Shown here piece by piece: positions 9,965 to 17,260 of a stretch of 64,000 nt of DNA. Below the pieces are notes generated by a model that was not told where the DNA came from, ran no database searches, and was given only the letters and a program-made list of their open reading frames with translations. Origin of the DNA: Candidatus Enterousia sp. Lineage in GTDB: Bacteria > Pseudomonadota > Alphaproteobacteria > Rs-D84. The position numbers and the translations under genes were made by a program. The stretch lies in assembly GCA_045114635.1 (NCBI GenBank), contig JBGUKY010000007.1, positions 4,628-68,627 on the forward strand. The letters run 5' to 3'. The stretch's first letter is position 1; each line of letters opens with the position of its first letter.

Positions 9965-11065
9965 ATGTTAAACTTAAGATATCGCGAAAAGACAAATGCA
10001 TGGCCTGGATTCGTAGATTTATTTTCTAACCTGGTTATCATTTTGATATTCTTGCTTATCGTGTTTGTATTCTTGTGGACAACAACAAGTGTCTTCAACA
10101 AAAATACTGGGGCAAAGAAAGTTGCTGAATTGGAACAAGCAAAACAAGCCCAGGCAGAACAAATTGAAAAAATGACTGCCGATCAACAGGAAGCAGAACA
10201 ATTACTGCTTGCGGCACGTGATGCCCTTGAAAACCAAGAAGGTCAAATCGCAAATCAAATGAATTTGGCAAATGCTTACGAAGATCAAATTTCAAATTTG
10301 AATGCACAACAAGAATTGTTGGCAGAACAAATTGCTGCATTGACTGAACAATTACAATTGGAAAAAACAGCAAAAGAAGAAATGGCACGTATGGAATCCG
10401 AACGCCATGAAATGCAAGATGAAATGTCAAAGAAACAATCTGAATTAAATGCACGTATCGCAGATTTAGAAGCACAATTGGATGCAGCAGAAAAACGTGC
10501 CCAAGAACAGGAAGCCGAATATACACAAATGTCAAATCGTTTAAACAAAGCATTGGCTGAAAAAATTGCTGAATTGAACGAAAAGGTTGCAGAACTAGAT
10601 TCTTTGTCGCAGTATCAATCAGAATTTTATAAACAAGTCAAAAACGCATTGGGCGACCGCACAACAATCAAACAAGACGGCGACAGATTTATCGTGTCTT
10701 CTGATATTTTATTCGACAGCGGTTCTTATAAAATATCTGCAAAAGGTAAATCTCAATTAAAAATTTTGGCGAAAATAATTAAAGATTTTGAAAACAAAAT
10801 ACCATCTGATATTGATTGGATTATCCGTGTTGACGGACATACAGATAACAAACCTGTATTGGCCGGCACAGCAGGATATTCAAACAATATGCAACTGTCC
10901 CTGCTTCGTGCCACAGCAGTTGTTAATGAATTGGTCAAAGACGGTGTTTCAAAACGCAGATTGGTTCCATCTGGATTCGGTGAATTACACCCAACAGAAT
11001 TGGGCCGCGACAAAGCATCACTGCAAAAGAATCGCCGCATAGAATTACAATTAACAAACAAATAA
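9965..11065 (+). CDS. MotB-like protein: TM helix with conserved Asp, ~170-aa coiled coil, OmpA/MotB peptidoglycan-binding domain
   Basis: AWPGFVDLFSNLVIILIFLLIVFVFLW is a MotB-type plug/TM with Asp. A Q/E/A/L-rich heptad region spans about residues 45-215. VDGHTDNKPV...SNNMQLSLLRATAV...NRRIELQL is an OmpA-like motif. RBS gggag lies before ATG 9965. Confidence 0.8.
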   Translation: MLNLRYREKTNAWPGFVDLFSNLVIILIFLLIVFVFLWTTTSVFNKNTGAKKVAELEQAKQAQAEQIEKMTADQQEAEQLLLAARDALENQEGQIANQMNLANAYEDQISNLNAQQELLAEQIAALTEQLQLEKTAKEEMARMESERHEMQDEMSKKQSELNARIADLEAQLDAAEKRAQEQEAEYTQMSNRLNKALAEKIAELNEKVAELDSLSQYQSEFYKQVKNALGDRTTIKQDGDRFIVSSDILFDSGSYKISAKGKSQLKILAKIIKDFENKIPSDIDWIIRVDGHTDNKPVLAGTAGYSNNMQLSLLRATAVVNELVKDGVSKRRLVPSGFGELHPTELGRDKASLQKNRRIELQLTNK

Positions 11066-11094
11066 AAAAACGCCCATTTGGGCGTTCTTTTTTA
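11064..11094. terminator. Bidirectional intrinsic terminator
   Basis: aaaaaAACGCCCAttTGGGCGTTctttttt between convergent genes. Confidence 0.8.
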
Positions 11095-11925
11095 TCTTGT
11101 AAGTGTTTTGAAATCGGCAACTTTCAAATTCAAATCTTTGATTAATTGTCGTGCTTCATCAAAATGACGACCAATATTTTTTGTTTCGTGTGCATCGTCG
11201 CTTATCAATACCGGAACATTATTTTTTTGCGCCATTTCCAGAATACGAATCGAAGGATATGGTTCATAACAAAATGATCTGTAAAACGAAGTATTAATTT
11301 CAATCGCTGTACCAGATTTAGCGGCAGCTTCAACCGCCCTGCTTTCCCATGTGACCCATTTTTCTTCACTACCAAGACCGACTTTCTTTGGCAAATCAAG
11401 ATGCGCCATCCACGTGAACAAACCAGATGCAGCAGCATTCGCGACATTTGTCCAATATTTTTGAAGCAACACGTCCCTTGTTTCTTCATCCGCATTTTTC
11501 CAATCATGCGTATTTAAAAGTGTCCCATTATGAGAAACAAGATGCGCAGACCCAATTATATAATCTGGTTTCAAAATCTTGATTGTATTTTCAAAACCAT
11601 TGCGCCATTCGGCATCATCAAAAAAGTCTGCCTCCATCCCGCGTAAGATTTTCATATCAGGATTTTGTTCCCTTAAAGTTTCTATTTCGTGATAATTTGG
11701 AACGAAACGCAACAATGCTTCTTCGAACGAAGAAGAATAAATATTACTGTATCCGCCATGAACACTGTACGGATACATTTTTGTATCTTTGATTATTGGA
11801 TTAACAATAAAATGATTAGATATTCCGATAGTATTAAAGCCTAAATCACGCGCGCGGTTCACCATTGCTTGAACAGAATCACGACCGTCAAAGCCAATAG
11901 TATGTGTGTGCAACGTATATTTCAT
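11092..11925 (-). CDS. PHP-domain phosphoesterase (histidinol-phosphatase HisJ-like)
   Basis: ATG 11925 gives MKYTLHTHTIGFDGRDS (HxH metal motif). GSAHLV, MAHLD and DDAHE are further PHP-type His/Asp motifs. The upstream extension in the track ORF is probably spurious. Confidence 0.6.
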   Translation of the reverse strand: MKYTLHTHTIGFDGRDSVQAMVNRARDLGFNTIGISNHFIVNPIIKDTKMYPYSVHGGYSNIYSSSFEEALLRFVPNYHEIETLREQNPDMKILRGMEADFFDDAEWRNGFENTIKILKPDYIIGSAHLVSHNGTLLNTHDWKNADEETRDVLLQKYWTNVANAAASGLFTWMAHLDLPKKVGLGSEEKWVTWESRAVEAAAKSGTAIEINTSFYRSFCYEPYPSIRILEMAQKNNVPVLISDDAHETKNIGRHFDEARQLIKDLNLKVADFKTLTR

Positions 11926-12025
11926 ATTTTTAATAACCCCACTATTATATATGGCGGAAATTATTAAACAGATTTTGAAAGCGCGCAACGAAAAATACAG
12001 TATTTATAAAAAAGCAAAAATAGTA

Positions 12026-12054
12026 TTTGCATTTTATAAAAATAAATATATAAT
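12026..12054 (+). promoter_or_regulatory. Sigma-70-type promoter for tRNA-Pro
   Basis: TTTGCA-17 nt-TATAAT ending about 12 nt before the tRNA 5' end. Confidence 0.5.
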
Positions 12055-12066
12055 AACTTTTGCTTT

Positions 12067-12143
12067 CGGGGTGTAGCTCAGTCTGGTAGAGTACTTGGTT
12101 TGGGACCAAGGTGTCGAAGGTTCGAATCCTTTCGCCCCGACCA
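12067..12143 (+). tRNA. tRNA-Pro (anticodon UGG), CCA encoded
   Basis: Hand-folded cloverleaf. Acceptor CGGGGTG/CGCCCCG, D stem GCTC/GAGT, anticodon stem CTTGG/CCAAG with loop TTTGGGA, T arm GAAGG-TTCGAAT-CCTTT, then discriminator A and CCA. Confidence 0.9.
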
Positions 12144-12260
12144 GAGAGTTCAAACCGCTCATTAAGAGCGGTTTTTATTTTGTTTTTCAATACTTACACC
12201 GAGTTCGAACTAATCAATTTTGAAAAGTGCTATTTTTAGCCTATTTTCGAACTTTCTAAG
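12144..12260 (+). repeat. Junction repeat copy 1 (core hairpin + right arm only)
   Basis: gagagTTCAAACCGCTCattaAGAGCGGTTTTT...aaTACTTACACCGAGTTCGAAc...GTGCTATTTTTAGCCTATTTTCGAACTTT aligns with 13337-13447 and 14436-14545. Confidence 0.8.
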
Positions 12261-12319
12261 AAAAAAGGTTCGAAACCATATCCAAAATCTATAAAATTTT
12301 TGATTTTTCAAACTTTTTA

Positions 12320-12328
12320 TGCTACAAT
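12320..12328 (+). promoter_or_regulatory. Extended -10 promoter element (TGcTACAAT) ahead of cassette gene 1
   Basis: actttttaTGCTACAAT is homologous to actttttaTGATATAAT at 14541-14557, ahead of cassette gene 3. Confidence 0.45.
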
Positions 12329-12359
12329 TTCCGCATATAATAATAAAAAGGATTGTAAA

Positions 12360-13223
12360 ATGACTATGATAGCACATGGTATTTTGGCTTTGAATAAATA
12401 TTTAAAAGACAAAGAAGTAAAAGAATTGGAGAACAAATCAACAGCTGAATTGTCTGAAAAAGAAAGACAAGCCCTTGCAGACAAATTAGAAAAAGCATGG
12501 AAAAGTCAGGACGAAGCCAACCGTAAAATGCATAAATTAGAACGTGCCGAACGAAAAATAGATATATTCGCTGATGTTTTATCGCTACGAAAAAGCGGAG
12601 GTCCATTGGCTCTTACTAGAACCGTCACAGGTGTGGTTGTTGCCATACCATTTGTTGTTGGTGCATTTGCATATACTGGTGTAGAAGAAGCCGCAAAAAA
12701 GATAAAAGAAGTAAAAACAAAAAAGGAAGAACAAAAACAAGCAGCGGCTCTTAAAGCACAAGAAGAAGCGAAGCGTCTTGAAGAAGAAACAAAGCGTATC
12801 GCACAAGAAAACGCCGAAAAAGCAGCAGAATCTGCTGAAATGACAGAAATAGATTTGTTAAAAAGAGTTATTTCTAATGCAGATATAGTAAGAACGCGCA
12901 GTGTTGATATACCAACAGATAAAAATGCTATTGTTGCTGGACTTGTTGACGAACGTGGTCAAATTGCGGAATTTGCTTCAGAACACGGAAGAATGGTTTT
13001 CTTTTTTGATAATAACCCAGAAGCAAAAATTGTTAACGCATTTTTTGTAAATCCAGAAACTGGAAATTTCGAAGAAATAGCAACAGTCAAATCTGTGCGC
13101 GGTAGAAAGCAGATAGTGACATTGATAAATAACCAACTTGCTATCGACAGACAAAAAAAGAAAGAACATGAAGAAGCACAAATGAGAAACGCACAAATTA
13201 TGGGTGCAATTAAACAAAAGTAA
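12360..13223 (+). CDS. Hypothetical coiled-coil membrane protein (cassette 1 cargo)
   Basis: ATG 12360 is preceded by aaaaagga. It encodes a Lys/Glu coiled coil, one TM segment (VTGVVVAIPFVVGAFAYTGV), a second coiled coil and an unrecognised C-terminal domain. Confidence 0.65.
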   Translation: MTMIAHGILALNKYLKDKEVKELENKSTAELSEKERQALADKLEKAWKSQDEANRKMHKLERAERKIDIFADVLSLRKSGGPLALTRTVTGVVVAIPFVVGAFAYTGVEEAAKKIKEVKTKKEEQKQAAALKAQEEAKRLEEETKRIAQENAEKAAESAEMTEIDLLKRVISNADIVRTRSVDIPTDKNAIVAGLVDERGQIAEFASEHGRMVFFFDNNPEAKIVNAFFVNPETGNFEEIATVKSVRGRKQIVTLINNQLAIDRQKKKEHEEAQMRNAQIMGAIKQK

Positions 13224-13230
13224 TATCATA

Positions 13231-13257
13231 AAACCGTCTAAACAGACGGTTTTTTTA
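13231..13257 (+). terminator. Intrinsic terminator of cassette gene 1
   Basis: aaACCGTCTaaacAGACGGTttttttt. Confidence 0.75.
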
Positions 13258-13264
13258 TATATTT

Positions 13265-13450
13265 TTTCACATCTTCAATCTTTCGCCCTATCTTAATAAT
13301 ATCGGCTCGAGAATTGTTCACTAAGCACGACCACGAAATTCAAACCGCTCGTTAAGAGCGGTTTTTTATTTATTTTCTAATACTTACACTGAGTTCGAGA
13401 GTTGTGTTTTTGAAAAATGCTATTTTTGGCCTACTTTTGAACTTTTTTAA
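13265..13450 (+). repeat. Junction repeat copy 2 (left arm + core hairpin + right arm)
   Basis: Left arm: ttcacatCTTCAATCtttCGCcCtATCTtAAtAATATCGGcTCGAGAATTG..TAAGCACGACCACGAAATTCAAACCGCTCgttaAGAGCGGTTTTTT. Right arm: TACTTACACTGAGTTCGAGAGTTGTGTTTTTGAAAAATGCTATTTTTGGCCTACTTTTGAACTTTT. Confidence 0.85.
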
Positions 13451-13471
13451 TTATTTTTATTGTATTTATAA

Positions 13472-14287
13472 TTAATCTTTTTGTTTTTGGGCTGCTAAAA
13501 TATTAGTAATATATTCTTGATCCAAAGTTTCTCGTGAACTGTTTGTCAGATTATATTCGCTAATACTCATACGAATTTTCTTTAAGTCAAGCCCTTTACC
13601 ATATTTTGATTCTAACGCTTTTGATACAACCACCAATAAGTCGTAGACACCGTCTACTATCTTATTAGATTTTCCATAATAATGATATTCGTATTCTTTG
13701 GTTTTACCGTCAAAATTATTCAACAAATCTTCAAGAGCCCAATAATAGGAAGTATTTGTACCTTTATTGTGTATAATTTCTGCAAAATCACTACAACACA
13801 CCCCCATGCTTAACACAAGTTCAAGAAACTTTGCTGGATTTTCATTAATATTCTCTAAGGCATTATCAAAATCTTTACCAAAAAATTTATGTATTTTTTC
13901 CGCAAAATCACACGCTAGTTTTCCATATGCAGCTTTTTCTAATACCTGCTGATACATTTTAAATGCTTCTTGTACATCCTTATCTGGTAGTTCTATTTTA
14001 GAAGTATTCTGTAGAGTGCTTTTTTTTACAAAATTTTCGGCTATTTGATTTTTATGCAAATCAAGTGCAAAACTATGTAAAACTAAATATCTTGCTAATC
14101 TTTTATTATTTTTATCAGAATTATCTCCATTATTAACAGTTTGTAATGTCTTAATTTGTCCCTGCAATAACCGGTTTTGTGCTTCTAATCTTTGTTTTTC
14201 AATTTGCCACTGTTTTCTTTCTTCTTCCATACGACGTCTTTCTTCAGCCAGCTCTTTAGATGAATTAAACATGTCTTTTAATCCCAT
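13472..14287 (-). CDS. Hypothetical protein, N-terminal coiled coil (cassette 2 cargo, inverted relative to the flanking repeats)
   Basis: ATG 14287 is preceded by taggag. Its own TTGATA-17-TAAAAT promoter lies upstream on the minus strand. EERRRMEEERKQWQIEKQRLEAQNRLLQ is the coiled coil, followed by an unrecognised helical domain. Confidence 0.65.
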   Translation of the reverse strand: MGLKDMFNSSKELAEERRRMEEERKQWQIEKQRLEAQNRLLQGQIKTLQTVNNGDNSDKNNKRLARYLVLHSFALDLHKNQIAENFVKKSTLQNTSKIELPDKDVQEAFKMYQQVLEKAAYGKLACDFAEKIHKFFGKDFDNALENINENPAKFLELVLSMGVCCSDFAEIIHNKGTNTSYYWALEDLLNNFDGKTKEYEYHYYGKSNKIVDGVYDLLVVVSKALESKYGKGLDLKKIRMSISEYNLTNSSRETLDQEYITNILAAQKQKD

Positions 14288-14360
14288 AACACTACTCCTA
14301 TGAATTAAAGTACATTTGTATTTTATCACAAAACAGATCTATTATCAATAACAGCCAAAA

Positions 14361-14548
14361 TTATCTTCACCTCTTCAATCTCTCGCTCAATCTCAACAAT
14401 ATCGGTTCGAGAATTGCTAATTAAGCACGACCAGAAAATTCAAAACCGCCACTAAGGGCGGTTTTTCTTTTGTTTTCCGATACTTACGCCGAGTTCGAGA
14501 GTTGTGTTTTTAGAAAACGCTATTTTTATACCTGTTTCGAACTTTTTA
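14361..14548 (+). repeat. Junction repeat copy 3 (left arm + core hairpin + right arm)
   Basis: ttcacctCTTCAATCtctCGCtCaATCTcAAcAATATCGGtTCGAGAATTG..TAAGCACGACCAGAAAATTCAAAACCGCCactaAGGGCGGTTTTT..TACTTACGCCGAGTTCGAGAGTTGTGTTTTTAGAAAACGCTATTTTTATACCTGTTTCGAACTTTT. Confidence 0.85.
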
Positions 14549-14557
14549 TGATATAAT
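14549..14557 (+). promoter_or_regulatory. Extended -10 promoter element (TGaTATAAT) ahead of the helicase gene
   Basis: It lies at the end of the right arm, 10 nt before ATG 14568. Confidence 0.45.
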
Positions 14558-14567
14558 AATCAACGAT

Positions 14568-16958
14568 ATGGATACAACAGATATAAAATTTTTACGGGCT
14601 GGTATTGCCAGACAGATAAAACAACCTGAAATGCTGCAAATGTTGCGCGGGAAACAAACAGAAGCGTTTCATGCATTAGTATCTGACAGCTTTACAGACG
14701 AACAATTATCACACAGTTATTTTAAACTGCCTACTGGATTTGGTAAGACGGTTATGTTTGCAACAATGGCACGTGCATATTTTGACGCGATTAAAGCATC
14801 TGGTATAAAACACCGACCAAAAATTATTATTATTGTCCCAAGACTATCATTGATAAATCAAACCAAAGAGAAATTGGATAAATTCGCTGACCTGGTTGCT
14901 ACCGAATACAGTGGTCGTAAAAAAGACAACAAAAGCGATATTATTATTACAACTTATAATTCTTTGGATAAATTATTTGGTATTATAGATTTTAATGATG
15001 TTGGTTTAATCTTTGCTGATGAAGCCCATCATATACTTGGTGAAAAGATTTCAAAACGATTGGCTTTTTATAATGAATATGTCCCTGTCATTGGTTTTAC
15101 AGCAACACCTGAATATGAAGCAAATCGTGCTGTTGCTGATATGTTGACCACAGAAATATTCGCAATGAATATTCCAGAAAGCATAGAAGCAAATATATTA
15201 AGCCCTGTGAAAAATGTTCTGTATCGTTCAAGCATAGTTTGTGATTTGTCTGAAGTGTCTGCATCAACAAATGGCGAATTTAATTACGACGAAATTACAA
15301 CTAAAATCAGTCCTGATACTTTGGCAACAGAAATTGCGCGTATTTATGCCGAAGGTGTTGATGAAGATACCGGTATCGAATTTAAGTCTTTGAAAGCAAT
15401 AATAAATTGTCCAAATGCCAAAATTGCTGATATTCAAGCAGCAAAAATAAACGAATTTATGGGACACGACGTTGCAATTTCATTACACAAAGTTGGAATT
15501 ACAGATAAAGAATTTAATCGTTTGCAACAAGACTTTATTGATGGGAAATATACTGTTGCTTGTCAGGTTGGAACCATGACCGAAGGTTTTGACGATGTGA
15601 CTGTTTCTATGTGTATAAATTACCCAACACGATCAAGGGTAAAGGCTGAACAAACCGCCGGTCGTGCAATACGTATTGATGATAATAACCCAAGCAAAAT
15701 TGCTTTTGTAGTAGATACAATATTCCAAAGCAAACCAAACGAAGATGCAAAAGACATTTTATATACTGCCCATAATGCACAACAAGTGTTATTCAAAGAT
15801 ATTGTTGGCAGGATGGTTTTGTTTCCAAAAGATTTTCAGAAACAAAAAATGCAATCCAAAACTCCAAGAACAAGCAACGAAAAAAATGTTGAATTTATAG
15901 ATTTTGACCTGATAACAGATAATACGACTTTAATTGAATTAAACAATATTGCAAAAGAACGTATTGCAAACGAAACAATTGAAGAAAAAACGGACGAATG
16001 GCAATCTGCTTTGGATTTAATAAATGACAAAACATTTTCTATGGGCGATCGTCGAATGATATCACAAAAATTACAAATATTGCAGTATGAAATGCCAAAT
16101 TTTATTCAAATGAAAAAATCACAAACACAAGTAAGTTTATGTTTACATCGTGATGGTCGCGAAATGTTTCTGGAAAAATGTGGTTTTAAAGATTATCCAC
16201 CAAAAACGGAAGAATGGCTTTCTGCAAATGATTTGGTTGCAGATGAAACATTTCCGATGTTTAATAAGAACATAATATTAAGAAAAATGGAAGAATTTCA
16301 ATCACAAATGCCAGAATTTATACAAATACGGAGATCTCTAACAAAAAACGCTTTGTGTTTACATCGTGATGGTCGCAAAATGTTTCTGGAAAAATATGGT
16401 TTTAAAGATTATCCACCAAAGACCGAAGAATGGCTTTCTGTGCAAGAACTGGTAATGGACAAAAGTTTTCCTATGGCTTTTTCAAAAAAAATTTTAAAGG
16501 CATTAGAAGATTTGCAATCACAAATGCCGGAATTTATACAAATACGGAGATCTCTAACAAAAAACGCTTTGTGTTTACATCGTGATGGTCGCAAAATGTT
16601 TCTGGGAAAATATGGTTTTAAAGATTATCCGCCAAAGACAGAAGACTGGTTTTCCTCTGGTGAGTTAAGAGACGATAAAACTTTTCCTATTGGAAAAGTG
16701 CAAACTATAAAGAACTTTTTAATTGAATTACAACCGGAAATGCCAGAACTTATACAAATACGAAAACCTAAAATGGGACCAGCCGGTATATGTTTACATC
16801 GTGATGGACGCGAAGAATTTTTAAGACGTGTACAAGAAAGCAAAACAAAATCTATAAGAAAAGCAGCAAAAGTTGTTTCTGCTGGTGATGAGATGGCCCA
16901 AACTACTAAAACCATAAAATCTACCGCGCCAAAGAACATTTCTATAAAAAGTTTATAA
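14568..16958 (+). CDS. SF2 (DEAH, ResIII-type) helicase with four C-terminal 72-aa tandem repeats (cassette 3 cargo)
   Basis: 796 aa. Motif I is LPTGFGKT, motif II FADEAHH, motif III GFTATP, motif V TMTEGFD and motif VI QTAGRAIR. The C-terminal half is four copies of EEW.S...L..D..FP...........Q..MPEFIQIR......LCLHRDGR.MFL.KYGFKDYPPKT. Confidence 0.85.
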   Translation: MDTTDIKFLRAGIARQIKQPEMLQMLRGKQTEAFHALVSDSFTDEQLSHSYFKLPTGFGKTVMFATMARAYFDAIKASGIKHRPKIIIIVPRLSLINQTKEKLDKFADLVATEYSGRKKDNKSDIIITTYNSLDKLFGIIDFNDVGLIFADEAHHILGEKISKRLAFYNEYVPVIGFTATPEYEANRAVADMLTTEIFAMNIPESIEANILSPVKNVLYRSSIVCDLSEVSASTNGEFNYDEITTKISPDTLATEIARIYAEGVDEDTGIEFKSLKAIINCPNAKIADIQAAKINEFMGHDVAISLHKVGITDKEFNRLQQDFIDGKYTVACQVGTMTEGFDDVTVSMCINYPTRSRVKAEQTAGRAIRIDDNNPSKIAFVVDTIFQSKPNEDAKDILYTAHNAQQVLFKDIVGRMVLFPKDFQKQKMQSKTPRTSNEKNVEFIDFDLITDNTTLIELNNIAKERIANETIEEKTDEWQSALDLINDKTFSMGDRRMISQKLQILQYEMPNFIQMKKSQTQVSLCLHRDGREMFLEKCGFKDYPPKTEEWLSANDLVADETFPMFNKNIILRKMEEFQSQMPEFIQIRRSLTKNALCLHRDGRKMFLEKYGFKDYPPKTEEWLSVQELVMDKSFPMAFSKKILKALEDLQSQMPEFIQIRRSLTKNALCLHRDGRKMFLGKYGFKDYPPKTEDWFSSGELRDDKTFPIGKVQTIKNFLIELQPEMPELIQIRKPKMGPAGICLHRDGREEFLRRVQESKTKSIRKAAKVVSAGDEMAQTTKTIKSTAPKNISIKSL
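15993..16835 (+). repeat. In-frame 216-bp tandem repeat x4 inside the helicase gene
   Basis: The Trp codon of the EEW motif recurs at 15999, 16215, 16431 and 16647, an exact 216-nt period. Copies 2 and 3 (16299-16440 vs 16515-16656) differ at only a handful of positions. Confidence 0.9.
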
Positions 16959-16966
16959 AACTTTAA

Positions 16967-17078
16967 TTTTATCTTTCACTTCTTCAATTTCGCACCCTAT
17001 TTTAAGAATCTCAGTTCGCAAATTGCCATCCCAGCACGACCACGAAATTCAAAACCGCCATTAAAGGCGGTTTTTCTT
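16967..17078 (+). repeat. Junction repeat copy 4 (left arm + core hairpin only; array end)
   Basis: tttcacttCTTCAATttCGCaCCctATtTtAAgAATcTCaGTTCGcaAATTG..CAGCACGACCACGAAATTCAAAACCGCCattaAAGGCGGTTTTT. No right arm follows. Confidence 0.8.
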
Positions 17079-17260
17079 TTGTCATATTATATTCTCCTAC
17101 ATTTATGCCACAATTATATCACGCTTATAATCATTAACAAAACAATTTATAAAAATAATCGCACAAAAATTGTTCATTCTGATAATTATTTGGCCCTTGT
17201 TTTTTTGTGTTTTTCTGAAATAATATATGGCAGGTATTTTTTCATAACTCAGGAGAACAC

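Larger units (their letters stand above)
12144..17078 (+). mobile_element. Putative tandem array of three att-flanked, integrase-less single-gene cassettes (CIME-like accretion) at the tRNA-Pro 3' end
   Basis: The junction pattern is tRNA-core-Rarm | gene1 | Larm-core-Rarm | gene2 | Larm-core-Rarm | gene3 | Larm-core. Details are in the repeat features. No recombinase ORF is present in the window. Confidence 0.45.

Noticed and set aside
8790-11065. Calling the MotA/MotB-like pair a Zorya (ZorAB) anti-phage system
   Set aside because: No ZorC/ZorD/ZorE-like gene (helicase, nuclease or HNH) is adjacent. The long coiled coil is on the MotB-like protein (periplasmic side) rather than forming a cytoplasmic tail on the MotA-like protein. 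The pair lies between ribosomal-protein and housekeeping genes.
13472-14287. HEPN-type Rx4H motif (RYLVLH) in the cassette 2 protein, suggesting an RNase toxin
   Set aside because: A single Rx4H string arises easily by chance, and its position near the start of the globular part is not typical. No other HEPN features could be verified by eye.
15993-16835. Regularly spaced 216-bp repeats as a possible CRISPR or satellite array
   Set aside because: The repeats are contiguous with no unique spacers. They are in frame and translate into a conserved 72-aa protein module inside the helicase ORF.
12144-17078. Interpreting the cassette array as a classical integron with attC sites
   Set aside because: There is no intI-like gene and no attI. 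The junction hairpins are short perfect stem-loops with T-runs, so they are ordinary terminators. They are not the 60-140 bp imperfect attC structures with extrahelical bases and GTTRRRY cores.
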